In this document: positions 10,543 to 20,977 of the stretch, piece by piece
Layout of the letters: each line of letters begins with the position of its first letter
Numbering within the stretch: the first letter of the stretch is position 1
DNA from: Gemmatimonadota bacterium
GTDB taxonomy: Bacteria; JBHIER01; G020348925
Length of the DNA stretch: 64,000 bases
Assembly: GCA_020348925.1 (NCBI GenBank)
Contig: CP070758.1
Location: 248,001-312,000, forward strand
Reading direction: 5' to 3'
The notes under the pieces: model-generated
Databases searched by the model: none
The model's input: the letters and a program-made list of their open reading frames with translations, nothing else
Told to the model about the DNA's origin: nothing
Made by a program: the position numbers and the translations under genes

Positions 10543-10571
10543 ATTCTAAAAGATTTCAATCCGTTTGTCAA
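10543..10571 (-). promoter_or_regulatory. Sigma70-type promoter of the aromatic operon
   Basis: TTGACA-17 nt-TAGAAT on the minus strand, about 65 nt upstream of the leader ATG. Confidence 0.8.
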
Positions 10572-10831
10572 GTAAAAAATGAAAAATTGATGACTGTGGC
10601 AAGCACGGGGTATCCACCCGCGTTTGCTTCTGGGATGAGATGATCCAGCATGCGTGGAGGTAAATTTTACGTTTTTTTCTTCCTTCCGCCGTCTTTTCTG
10701 AGCGAAAGATATCAACCGGACTTATCCTGCCCGGCCGCCGATTCTTCCGATTGCTGTTGAAATAGAGTTGATGCCCATACGATTTTGCGAACAAGTGATC
10801 ACGCCTCCGATCACGGATATCACTTTTTTCA

Positions 10832-10861
10832 TTGACAACGTCATATGTTTCGGGTTATGTT
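10832..10861 (+). promoter_or_regulatory. Candidate sigma70 promoter for the GT2 gene
   Basis: TTGACA-18 nt-TATGTT upstream of a GAGGAG RBS. Confidence 0.5.
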
Positions 10862-10906
10862 ATGACAGAAATTTTTTCACCAGAAACAAACGAGGAGCAT
10901 TACTCT

Positions 10907-11617
10907 ATGAAGTTATCGATCATTATGCCAATTTTCAACGAAGAAAAGACGTTGCTGACGATATTGGATCGTGTCAAAGACGTCCCACTCGAGAAAGAGA
11001 TTATTATAGTCGATGACTGCTCTACTGACGGGACACGGGATCTACTGAAAAAGATCGACTCAGAGAATATCTTGATCTCTTATCACGACACAAATGAGGG
11101 AAAAGGGGCCGCCGTCCGGTCAGGTCTCCAGCACGTTACCGGGGATATCATCATTATCCAGGATGGGGATCTCGAGTATGATCCGGCTGATTTTCCGAAA
11201 TTGGTTCAGCCCATTCTCGACGAAAAAACGGATGTGGTATACGGATCCAGGGCGTTAGCCAAAAGTCCCATCTCATATCGGCGGTACAATTTGGGAGCAA
11301 AGTTCATCACATGGGTGGCGAACCTATTATACGGCCTCAATCTTACTGATCTCTGGACCTGCTATAAGGTGATAAAAAAGGATGTGATAGTCAGTCTCGA
11401 TTTGAAGTGCCAAAGGTTTGAATTCTGCCCCGAGGTCACGGCCAAACTTTCAAGAATGGGCCACTCCATTCTCGAGCTCCCAATCTCATACCACCCCCGA
11501 CCCTTCGAAGAGGGAAAAAAGATACGCTGGCACGACGGTCTCGTCGGGATATGGACGCTCCTCCGATATCGATTTTGGAAGGGACCAGAACGTGAAATGA
11601 AGAGGGCTTCGTCCTGA
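10907..11617 (+). CDS. Family 2 glycosyltransferase (DPM1/polyprenol-phosphate type)
   Basis: KLSIIMPIFNEE, VDDCSTDGT, NEGKGAA, IQDGDLEYDP and VYGSR motifs. Confidence 0.92.
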   Translation: MKLSIIMPIFNEEKTLLTILDRVKDVPLEKEIIIVDDCSTDGTRDLLKKIDSENILISYHDTNEGKGAAVRSGLQHVTGDIIIIQDGDLEYDPADFPKLVQPILDEKTDVVYGSRALAKSPISYRRYNLGAKFITWVANLLYGLNLTDLWTCYKVIKKDVIVSLDLKCQRFEFCPEVTAKLSRMGHSILELPISYHPRPFEEGKKIRWHDGLVGIWTLLRYRFWKGPEREMKRASS

Positions 11618-11796
11618 AGTTCGTGAATTCGTTAACGCCTTTGCCCTTTTCCCCAAAATGTGTTCGTGCGGAAGAATCCGATTATTGGCAGCCGTCACGA
11701 ATCGTTCGACGCCGCTGATCCTGTCGCGAGCTTTGCCGACGGGGCAATCGTCGTCAAGCAATCATCTTATATTTGCCGGTCAGTGCGAGCGACCGC

Positions 11797-13194
11797 TTAA
11801 TCAAAAATTTTTCCGGGATTCAGGATAGTTTTGGGATCAAAGGCCCTCTTGAGCCGCTTCATCAACTCCACCTGAGTCTCACCCAGAGCTTTGGGCAAAT
11901 ACTTCTTTTTTGTGAAACCGATACCATGCTCCCCAGTAATCATACCATTGAAGCCCAGAACAACATCAAAGATCTCCTCAAGGATTTGAGGCAGTATCCC
12001 TCGCCATTGATCGTAATCGGCGTCTCTTTTCAAAATCTCAATGTGTACATTGCCGTCTCCGACATGACCGAAGCAGACGGCCTCGAAACCATGATGCTTC
12101 GTAATTCTCTTCACCTCCGTAATAAGGGGTGGAATGGCCATGCGCGGGACAACCACATCCTCGCCGCACAGAATAGGACTCAATGCTTTAAGAGCCTCTA
12201 AAATCGATCGCCGCACCTCCCACAACCTCCGTTGAGCCGGACTGTTCTCCGCGACGAATACATCATAGGCTCCGTTCTTGAGGAAAATCTCACCGATGGT
12301 CTCATAATCCTGTTCCAATTCTGCCTCCCTGTGACCATCGATCTCGATGAGCAGTTGAGCCTCAGCATCGTGAAAGGGGATATCCTTGTTCAAGTATCGC
12401 TCCGTGTGTTGAATGGCATCTCTCTCCATAAACTCGATAGCCGTGGGCACAATTCGGTTTCGTATGATCTCAGAGACCGTTCGGGCAGCCGCCTCGAGAG
12501 AGTGGAAGGGTATGAGGAGATCGACTTTCCTTTTCGGAAGTGGTAACAATTGCAGCACAATTTTTGTAACAATGCCCAAGGTCCCCTCCGATCCCACGAG
12601 AAGGCCGATGAGATCGTAACCGGTGACATCCTTGACCAATTTCCCGCCACAAGTAATAATCTCACCCGTTGGTAAGACGACCTCCAGTCCGCGCACGTAA
12701 TCACCCGTTACCCCATATTTCACCGCCCTCGGGCCACCGGCCCCTTCGGCAATATTACCTCCGATGCTGCAGCTGTCCAAGCTGGCCGGATCGGGAGGGT
12801 AGAAGAATCCCAATGTCTCCACAGCCTCCTGCAACTTTCCCGTAATCACAGCCGGTTCGGTGGTCACCATGAGGTTATCCTCATCGATCTCAAAGATTCT
12901 CGCCATCCGCTCCATGGACATGAGAATCCCCCCGCAGACTGGGAGGGCGCCACCACTCAAACCCGTTCCCGCCCCCCGGGGCGTGACCGGAATCCTCTCC
13001 TCACTGGCAACCTTCATCACGTCGGCTATTTCTTCAGTGCTGCTCGGCTTCACCACGACTTCCGGAAGAAACTTGAGATCCGGCGTCTCATCAAAGGCAT
13101 ACTCAGCCCGATCGTCCTCGCTGATGATGACGTTGCTCTTACCGACAATATCCGTCAACCTCTTCAGGATGTTTTCATCAACTTCAGTGTACAT
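11797..13194 (-). CDS. FAD-linked 2-hydroxyacid oxidase/dehydrogenase (GlcD-like)
   Basis: PRGAGTGLSGG, PPDPAS, GSEGTLG, GHVGDGNVH, GEHGIG and LNPGK motifs. Confidence 0.9.
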   Translation of the reverse strand: MYTEVDENILKRLTDIVGKSNVIISEDDRAEYAFDETPDLKFLPEVVVKPSSTEEIADVMKVASEERIPVTPRGAGTGLSGGALPVCGGILMSMERMARIFEIDEDNLMVTTEPAVITGKLQEAVETLGFFYPPDPASLDSCSIGGNIAEGAGGPRAVKYGVTGDYVRGLEVVLPTGEIITCGGKLVKDVTGYDLIGLLVGSEGTLGIVTKIVLQLLPLPKRKVDLLIPFHSLEAAARTVSEIIRNRIVPTAIEFMERDAIQHTERYLNKDIPFHDAEAQLLIEIDGHREAELEQDYETIGEIFLKNGAYDVFVAENSPAQRRLWEVRRSILEALKALSPILCGEDVVVPRMAIPPLITEVKRITKHHGFEAVCFGHVGDGNVHIEILKRDADYDQWRGILPQILEEIFDVVLGFNGMITGEHGIGFTKKKYLPKALGETQVELMKRLKRAFDPKTILNPGKIFD

Positions 13195-13448
13195 GCATCA
13201 CGTCCTGAAAAAAATCCTGGTGAAGCTTCGCTTTCCCCGTCACAGCACGAGCAAGCCAGCGATCCGTAAAGGCAGGAGAAAAATCCGAAACTCGAATTTC
13301 AAAGCAGCCCGGTTTAATATCAACATAAAAATGGTACCTGAATTTAAAGAACTTGAGCGTTCAAAGAGGCTCGCACCTCATCTCTCCTTCCCGGATTTGA
13401 AAATATTTCAATGTACCCGGATTTTATGAACTTTCCCCCAGAGACGGT

Positions 13449-13973
13449 TCATTGAAACAGTTTTACCACGAAAGGACACTGAGGGAATACGTGGGCTGCC
13501 GGACTCTTATCCAAGGTAGCACCGAAAATAAAAAGATGGTATATGGTTAAAAGAATATAGAGAAATATAATAAAAAGAACTGCCTTCTTAACACCGCGTG
13601 CGTGGCGGTAGAAGACAAGCATGAGCAAGCAGGCAAAAGTGAGTGCCAATTTAAAGACAATATACTTTCGAGATCCAAGTTGTATGGCGTAATCCATAAT
13701 GGGGTTCAGCTCGATTGCCGTGCCGTGAACGATGTGATAGATGGTTGCCACGCCATCAAAAGCACACAGCACCAGGATAATGACAAGAGCAAAAAAGAGC
13801 CGATCACTGTATTTGTCGAAGAAACGGGTATCATCCGTCTTGCGTCGCCCACTTCGCCTTTTTCCCTTCAAAGCCCATTTGAGACTGAACGGGTTCGTCC
13901 GTCTCTGTCGCCGGTCCTTGCCCGAGCGTCGTTCTTGAATATTGCTGGTCATCTCATCAGTTCTGGTTTCCAC
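13449..13973 (-). CDS. Membrane protein, DUF5658-like, with Arg-rich N-terminus
   Basis: ERRSGKDRR N-terminus, D..AT...GTAIELNPIM motif and three hydrophobic segments. Confidence 0.65.
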   Translation of the reverse strand: METRTDEMTSNIQERRSGKDRRQRRTNPFSLKWALKGKRRSGRRKTDDTRFFDKYSDRLFFALVIILVLCAFDGVATIYHIVHGTAIELNPIMDYAIQLGSRKYIVFKLALTFACLLMLVFYRHARGVKKAVLFIIFLYILLTIYHLFIFGATLDKSPAAHVFPQCPFVVKLFQ

Positions 13974-14171
13974 CTATACAAGTACCTGTCTCATATCCTG
14001 GGATTGCAGTTTCTTTTCAAAAGAAAAATTGTCTTGTATGTCTTCATCAAATTCTTCTTTCGCTTTGCCTCACATGTACGGCGACTGTGGAGGACATGTA
14101 TGTCGATAGGACACAATATACTCTCAAGTCGGAGCAAGTACCACTTTTCCAGTATCGGAACGGGAGAAACC

Positions 14172-15839
14172 TCACCTGCATTCCCCATTTTCAGACGCAT
14201 TCCGCTTCCCCTTGGCCGTTATGGGTTGCCACAGGGCGTAGGAATCTTTTACGATGTCGCATTTGCCGGAATAAACACACGTTGTGTTGGCATTGTAAGT
14301 CCAGCCCAGGTATTCGGAATCGCCTCCACCGCGGGTTGTGACGAAGAGCATGTTGCTCAGTATCCCAAAATGGGAGGCCCGACTTGCAGGCGTCTGTTGA
14401 TCACCGCGACTGGGATCAACGGGAATCCAGCCGTAATTCGGCAAATATACTTCAACCCAACGATGGTAGACGTTATCCACGCAGGTGTCGTCACCGCGGA
14501 CGGCGACCCCCGCCTGGTAACGCGCCGGGAGCCCGGCTGCCCGGCACAGGGCGATGTACAGGAAGGCGTATTCCGAGCACGACCCCGTGCCGCGCTCGAG
14601 GATCGTCGGGGCAATATCCCATCCTCCGGCCAACTCGTACTCGACCTTTCCGATCTCATACTCAAAGAGTTTGCGGGCGATCCAATAGGGATTTGTTTCA
14701 CCTCCGGCGACCTGCCCGGCTGTCTCTCGAATAACAGGCTCGTTTATGAAGTAGCGAGATCCCTCGGTCAGGTATCTCTTTTTCAGATCCCGAGGGATTT
14801 CGTCCAGAGAACCCACTCTCTCCGGCAGTACGTAGTGGCGAAGATCGCCAATTCTCGCAGCGACCGAGTATCTCGCTCCCACCACCTCCCCCGGCTCGAC
14901 ATCCTCAAAGACATAGGCGGCAACCTTCTGTCCCCAACGATCCGTCTTGAAATTATCCACGTTCGGCACATATTGAATGTCACTCATCAGCTCCTGATGT
15001 TTCAAAGCTTCTTCAGGGACCGCCAGATAGACTTGCACCTTTTCAATCGGATCCGGCCCCAGGTTTCTTATCGTTTGGGTAAACTCGATGGTTGCCTCGC
15101 GGAAGTTTCGAACCGAATACGTATCACCATTGTGAACTTCGAGTTTATACATCCTGTCCGAGGCGAAATCCACGTTCCATAAATACCGGCCGTCCCAGGT
15201 CAAACCGCATGAATACGACCCCGGGGCGTATAAGGACACGACAACGATCCCCTCGTCGGAAGTGACCATGTAGATCTCGTCTCTGATTCGATCGGAAATC
15301 CATATGTACTTTCCATCAAAACAGGCTCCCTGAGAATTTTTTTCAGGAGCATCGAAGGACGCAATCGTCGTCCCGTCGTCAGGATTGAGTTTATAAATTC
15401 TATCCTCTTTATCGTCAACCAACAGTAAATACCGGCCGTCGAATCCCACATCCCGTGGTGAAGGCCCGGGGGTTGTATATGATGTCTCTACCTTTCCTGT
15501 TTGCGGGTCCATCACGTAGACAATTCCCGCCTGATATTCGTTAACGAAGGTTTGAATGTCAGAAACATACAGTCTCCCATTACCCCAGGCCAGGCCTTGG
15601 GGTCTGAAACCTGGCGCAGGTATCGATTGCACCACTTCACCGGATCCTGGATTGATCTTGTATAATCGTGCTTCCTTCCAGTCCGCCAGCCAAAGAAACT
15701 GTCCATCCCAGGCCAGCCCTGACGGACACCCGGCCGGTGTGGGAAAGGACAGAATCACATCCCCCGGGATGGCACCCAGATTTCCTGCACAGCCCAGGAA
15801 CATGATCGCAATAATGACAGACAATTTCCTTTTCATCAT
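14172..15839 (-). CDS. Secreted transglutaminase-like protein with N-terminal beta-propeller
   Basis: Signal peptide; repeated GLxWDGxxLW blades; GSCSEY / HRW / PVD Cys-His-Asp triad. Confidence 0.85.
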   Translation of the reverse strand: MMKRKLSVIIAIMFLGCAGNLGAIPGDVILSFPTPAGCPSGLAWDGQFLWLADWKEARLYKINPGSGEVVQSIPAPGFRPQGLAWGNGRLYVSDIQTFVNEYQAGIVYVMDPQTGKVETSYTTPGPSPRDVGFDGRYLLLVDDKEDRIYKLNPDDGTTIASFDAPEKNSQGACFDGKYIWISDRIRDEIYMVTSDEGIVVVSLYAPGSYSCGLTWDGRYLWNVDFASDRMYKLEVHNGDTYSVRNFREATIEFTQTIRNLGPDPIEKVQVYLAVPEEALKHQELMSDIQYVPNVDNFKTDRWGQKVAAYVFEDVEPGEVVGARYSVAARIGDLRHYVLPERVGSLDEIPRDLKKRYLTEGSRYFINEPVIRETAGQVAGGETNPYWIARKLFEYEIGKVEYELAGGWDIAPTILERGTGSCSEYAFLYIALCRAAGLPARYQAGVAVRGDDTCVDNVYHRWVEVYLPNYGWIPVDPSRGDQQTPASRASHFGILSNMLFVTTRGGGDSEYLGWTYNANTTCVYSGKCDIVKDSYALWQPITAKGKRNASENGECR

Positions 15840-15885
15840 CTTTTCTCCTTGAGATTGGAGTTATCCGTTCCGTCCAAACTCCCTT

Positions 15886-15914
15886 ACAATATATCCTGAA
15901 ACATTACCTGTCAA
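15886..15914 (-). promoter_or_regulatory. Candidate sigma70 promoter of the transglutaminase gene
   Basis: TTGACA-17 nt-TATTGT on the minus strand. Confidence 0.6.
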
Positions 15915-15937
15915 TACGAAAAATTATAACCGTTAAA

Positions 15938-15971
15938 AAAAATTGCTGAACAGAGATGTTCAGCAATTTTT
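15938..15971. terminator. Perfect 15-bp inverted repeat, likely bidirectional terminator
   Basis: AAAAATTGCTGAACA-GAGA-TGTTCAGCAATTTTT. Confidence 0.6.
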
Positions 15972-15998
15972 GATGTCACCTCTTTCGAAAGAATCTCA

Positions 15999-16380
15999 TC
16001 TAAATTATTCATAAAATAGCAGTTTCTTTTTCTAAATCTTTGTCATATATAATTTTCATGAAATTTAACCATATACTTCCGAAGGAAACTGGCATGGGCA
16101 AAAATACACAAATCACCCTCCCTTTTGCACGCAGTTCCAGTAAAAAAGTGATCCCTGATTTTGATGGTGGAAGCCTGACGAGCGATGCGGACGTGATGCT
16201 TCTGCGCGAGGTGGAGAAAGGTATTGGTCTGATCAAGCGTTTGACAGATGTTCTCAAAGATGACCGCCTTGTCACCGTTTCCAATCCAACCATTTCCGTC
16301 TCTTTTCACACAGCGCCGCTTTTGTGCTTCACCACACCCTGGCAGAAAAAGGTCCCAAAGGCACACAGTGGGTTCAGGCT
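15999..16380 (+). mobile_element. IS1380-family transposase remnant (truncated)
   Basis: FDGGSLTSDADVMLLREVEKGIGLIKRLTDVLKDDR matches the IS1380 transposase N-terminus, then similarity is lost; boundaries approximate. Confidence 0.75.
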
Positions 16381-16536
16381 CAGTTTAACACCCTTCAAAA
16401 ACGTTTTCTGAAAATAGGAGCCTGAGTCTGTGAACGGCTGACACGAATCAAACTCCACTTTCCTATCGCCTTTCACCTCAAAGACGTTTTTCCACCATCT
16501 CTTCAACCTCGAGGCTGCCTTTCCCTAACGAAAAAA

Positions 16537-16636
16537 NNNNNNNNNNNNNNNNNNNNNNNNNNNNNNNNNNNNNNNNNNNNNNNNNNNNNNNNNNNNNNNN
16601 NNNNNNNNNNNNNNNNNNNNNNNNNNNNNNNNNNNN
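16537..16636. other. Assembly gap (100 N)
   Basis: Run of N. Confidence 1.
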
Positions 16637-17236
16637 ACCTCGGAGCAGGACGTGGCCGGAGTGTTGCTGCGGTTCCGGTATGATGGGGATGTTCTGGAGG
16701 CGGGTGCGCCTGAGGTGACGGAGCGTTCGGCGGGGATGGATGTCGTGTCTCAGGTGCTTGGTGAAGAGTTGGTGGTCTTTGTGTCGAGTCTGAGCGGTGA
16801 GGTGATAGAGGCCGGCAGTGGGCCGGTGGTGCGTGTTTTGTTCGAGGTGATGGATCGGGTGGAGGATGGGATCGAGGTGGAAGTGGTGGAGCCGGTGGTT
16901 TTCACTGCGGATGAGCGGATCAGCTTCGGGCACGGGAGTATGTTTGTGATCAAGGCGGGAGCGATCATACCCAAGGAGTACAGCCTGGCGCAGAACTATC
17001 CCAATCCTTTCAATCCTGTGACGAGTATTGAATTCGGTCTGCCCGAGGATGCCAGGGTGAACGTAACGGTTTATAATATACTGGGACAGGTGGTGACCGA
17101 GCTGGTGAATGACGATTTGAAGGCGGGTTACCACAGAGTCCGGTGGGACGGTGAGCAGGCGGCCAGCGGCATCTACTTTTACAGGATCCGGGCGAACGAT
17201 TTCACCCAGACGAGGCGGATGGTGTTGATGAAGTAG
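16637..17236 (+). CDS. 3' fragment of a secreted protein: cohesin-like domain plus FlgD-Ig/T9SS-type C-terminal domain
   Basis: VAGVLLRFRYDGDVL...IEAGSGPVVRVLFEV is cohesin-like; ends LAQNYPNPFNP...RRMVLMK; 5' end lost in the gap. Confidence 0.75.
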   Translation, partial: TSEQDVAGVLLRFRYDGDVLEAGAPEVTERSAGMDVVSQVLGEELVVFVSSLSGEVIEAGSGPVVRVLFEVMDRVEDGIEVEVVEPVVFTADERISFGHGSMFVIKAGAIIPKEYSLAQNYPNPFNPVTSIEFGLPEDARVNVTVYNILGQVVTELVNDDLKAGYHRVRWDGEQAASGIYFYRIRANDFTQTRRMVLMK

Positions 17237-17267
17237 AAAAATCAAAAAATTGATAAGTCGAAAAGTA

Positions 17268-17309
17268 AAAACCTCCCGGAGAATTGAGATCTCCGGGAGG
17301 TTTTCTTTT
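17268..17309 (+). terminator. Rho-independent terminator
   Basis: AAAACCTCCCGGAGA...TCTCCGGGAGGTTTT followed by CTTTT. Confidence 0.85.
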
Positions 17310-17506
17310 GCGTATTCTTGAACCCAAAGCTTCACATCTCTTTGTCATTTCGAGCCCCGGATGACGTTCGGGATACAGCGTGAATATTAAGCATAAATTT
17401 GATTTGATTTTGAAGAAAAAGGATTTACCTTTTGATGAACGTATACCCGTACTTCATATTTGGTTCCACGTGTGTGAATAACTGATAAGAAAAACAGGGG
17501 GATGAG

Positions 17507-19144
17507 ATGAAACGTGTAGTAGGTGTTGTTTTTGTTCTTTTATGCGGTGTGGCTTCAGTGTATGCAGTTGAAAAGAGGCCGCTGGGAGTGGATGATATCT
17601 TTCGATCCGGCCGCGTGACCGATCCACAGGTGTCGCCAAATGGAAAATGGATTGCCTATACCGTATCATATGATATTAAGGAGACGAACGAGACCGACAG
17701 TGATATCTGGATAATACCCACCGAGGGCGGAGAGCCTCGTCAACTGACCAACAGCCCTGAGGAGGATCGCTCACCCAGGTGGTCGCCGGACGGAGGGCAG
17801 ATCGCCTTTCTTTCGGAAAGAGACGGAACATCGCAGATCTGGTTGATCGCAGCCGGAGGGGGAGAGGCACGAAAACTGACATCGCTCTCCACTGGATTGT
17901 CCTCTCCCGTGTGGTCGCCGGACGGGAAATACCTCCTGGCCGAATCCCGTGTTTATCCCGATCTTACCACCGATGAAGAGAATGAACGGCGGAATGACGA
18001 AAAGGAGGAGAGTCTCTGCAAAGCCCGGGTTATCGATGAGCTCCTGTACCGTCACTGGGATACCTGGCAGGATGACAAACGGAAGCACGTCTTCTTGGTG
18101 GACGCAAAAAATGGGACATGCCGGGATGTGACCCCGGGCGATTACGATTCGCCTCCAATTTCCCTGGGAAGCTCGCACGATTACGCTTTTTCTCCGGAGG
18201 GTGAGGAGATCTGTTTTGTCAGGAACACCGATCCTGTGGTGACCATCAGTACGAACAACGATCTCTTTATCATCCCGATGGAGAGTGGCAATCCGACCAG
18301 AGTGACGACGAGCCGAGCGTGTGACAATGGTCCGCGATACTCACCGGACGGACGGTACATCGCCTATCGCGGCATGAGTCGACCGGGTTTTGAGTCGGAT
18401 CGATACAGACTCATGCTCTGGGATCGTAAGACGGGAAACCATATCAATCTCACCGAGGATTTCGACCGCTCGATAAGAGATCTTGTTTGGTCGCCGAACA
18501 GCAAGAAAATGTATTTCACCTGTCGGGACGAAGGGCGGTGCAACATCTATTCGGTGGATATTCGAACCAAAGCCGTTGAACAGCTTACTGATGAGGGATA
18601 TTCTCAGAGTCTGACCGTCACACCGGATGGTCGTCATCTCATCTTCGTCCGCTCCTCTTGCCTTTATCCGGATGAGGTGCATCGATTGCCCGTTGCAGGT
18701 GGGGATGCTGTCCAGCTCACATTCACAAACGAGAAGGTTCTGGCTCAGATTGTGATGCAGCCTCTTGAGGAATTCTGGTTTGAGGGTGCCGAGGGTACTC
18801 AGGTTCACGGGTTTCTTTTGAAGCCACCATTTTTCGATCCCGGGGAAAGATATCCGGTTATCTGTGTCATTCACGGTGGACCCCAGGGCATGTGGGGAGA
18901 CCGATTTATGACGCGGTGGTTTACCTTTGAACTGGTATCGGCTCCCGGATACGTCTCGGTTTTCATCAATCCTCGAGGCAGCCAGGGGTATGGTCAGCAA
19001 TTCGTCGATGAGGTGAGCACCGACTACGGCAACCGCTGCTATGTCGATGTGATGAAGGGCATGGATTTTGTGTGTCAGGAGTACGCCTTCGTTGATTCCT
19101 CCAAAAAAGCGGTCATGGGCGGGTCCTTCGGTGGGTATATGGTC
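17507..19144 (+). CDS. S9 family peptidase (acylaminoacyl/dipeptidyl peptidase), 3'-truncated by gap
   Basis: Signal peptide, WSPDG (PD40) repeats, IHGGPQ, NPRGS and the GGSFGG nucleophile motif. Confidence 0.92.
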
Positions 19145-19244
19145 NNNNNNNNNNNNNNNNNNNNNNNNNNNNNNNNNNNNNNNNNNNNNNNNNNNNNNNN
19201 NNNNNNNNNNNNNNNNNNNNNNNNNNNNNNNNNNNNNNNNNNNN
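19145..19244. other. Assembly gap (100 N)
   Basis: Run of N. Confidence 1.
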
Positions 19245-20930
19245 CCCTCTGGAAGAGAACCTTCCTCTACAGATAGAAAATCGATAGCGGTGCTGCCATT
19301 TAAGAACATGGTTCCCGATCCAGAAAATGAATGGTTCAGCGATGGAATCACGGAAGACGTCATTACCCATCTCTCCAAAATCGGTGACCTTAAGATTATC
19401 TCCCGTACTTCAGTAATGCTGTATAAAGACAGCAAGTAGAGTCTTCGAGAGATCGGGAAAGAGCTGGGTGTTTCCACAATTCTTGAAGGGAGCGTACGTC
19501 GGGCTGATAACCGAGTTCGCATTGTTGGCCAGTTGGTGGACGCGCGGACTGAGGAGCATATTTGGGCGGAAACTTACGATCGAGATCTGAGTGATATCTT
19601 CGCCATCCAGAGTGATGTAGCCCAACAGATTGCTAGAGCTTTAGAAGCAAAACTGTCTACTGAAGAGAAAGAACGAATTGAACTAAAGCCTACTGATAAT
19701 CCTAGAGCCTACGATTACTATCTACAAGGTCGGGAATATGCACATAGGAGTTATGAAAATAAGGATTTTGAAATTGCGATAGAGTTATTTGAAAAGGCAG
19801 TTGGGGCAGATTCGAATTTCGCGGAGGCATACGCAAGGCTGGCAAGGCTACATGGTATGATGTACTGGATTGGATATGACCGATCTCCAGAACGCTTAGC
19901 CAGGGCAAAAGAGGCGGTTGATAAGGCTCTGAATTTAAAACCTGATGATCCACTTGTGCGATGGGCAAATGGTTACTACTATTACCATGGGTTCCGGGAT
20001 TATGCAAGAGCTTTAGATGAGTTTTCTTTTGCACAGCGAAAAGAACCCGGCAATGCAGAGTATAACGCAAGTATTGCCTATATTCAGCGGCGCCTGGGCA
20101 AATTTGAGGATGCATTGCAAAACCTGAAAATCGCGTTCCAATATGATCCCCGATCAAACGTAATAGCGCATGAAGTGGGCTATACTTACTTATCTCTTCG
20201 CATGTACACAGAAGCGGAAGACTATTTTGACCGTGGTATTTCACTTGCAACGGACATAGCAAACAATTACATTGACAAGGCACGGACATACATGTACAAA
20301 ACGGGTAGTACAGAAAGTGCCAGACCAGTTCTGGATGAAGCGTCAAAGCGAATTAAGTCTGATTTTCTTCTCTGGAATTTAGCTTATTTTACCATTTATG
20401 ATGGGCACTATCAGGAGGCCCTCGATATACTCGCATCCATCCAGGAAGAAGTATTGGAGCACCAGATCACTTATACACCGAAAGATGCAATCAGAGGTTT
20501 CATCTACGAGCTAATGGGACAACCGGATCAAGCTCGCACTCACTATAATAAAGCACGGACATTACTGGAGAAGAAGGTAAGTGAATGGCCTGATGATCCC
20601 AGGATTCACACTGAGTTGGGCAAAGTTTACGCCCATCTCGGTCTTAAGGATGATGCAATTCGTGAAGGACAGACAGCGGTTGACCTGGTACCTGTTTCAC
20701 GAGATGCATTGATAGGACCTGGCTATTTAGCTTACCTGGCTGAAATTTACACGATAGTGGGGGACTATGATACTACCATAGACAAACTTGAGTACTTATT
20801 GGAGATCCCCGCCGCTGGGTATTTAGGTGCTCACATTGGCCACCTGAAAGTAGACCCGATATGGGATCCCCTTCGAGAGCACCCAAGGTTTCAACAGTTG
20901 TTAGAGAAATATTTAAAATCAGAATCATGA
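19245..20930 (+). pseudogene. TolB-like ('SIAVLPF') plus TPR protein fragment with one in-frame TAG
   Basis: SIAVLPFKN...[13 protein letters not shown]...[23 protein letters not shown]...WAETYDR, then TPRs ending DPIWDPLREHPRF; TAG at 19437-19439 with the frame continuing. Confidence 0.8.
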
Positions 20931-20977
20931 TCGGTGAAACCATATCTAATTACAAAATCCTCAAAAAGCTTAGTTAA
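20927..20977 (+). pseudogene. Remnant of a Ser/Thr kinase N-terminus
   Basis: MIGETISNYKILKKLS*, ATGA-coupled to the upstream stop; near-identical to MIGETISHYKILEKLG starting at 45871. Confidence 0.75.

Noticed and set aside
13602-15182. Long antisense ORFs (also 1693-2601, 18341-19522, 35133-36383, 49337-50203)
   Set aside because: They overlap well-supported genes on the opposite strand and show no recognisable motifs.
17344-17366. GTCATTTCG...GATGAC REP-like hairpin
   Set aside because: A single short degenerate copy, too weak to call a repeat family from this window.
17507-19276. S9 peptidase linked to the TolB/TPR gene, and deoC facing mutL at 30487-31477
   Set aside because: Both junctions are N gaps and the genes are truncated there, so adjacency is unsupported.
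19437-19439. Genome-wide TAG recoding
   Set aside because: TAG terminates pyk, pfkA, the RNase and CTD genes at their expected C-termini.
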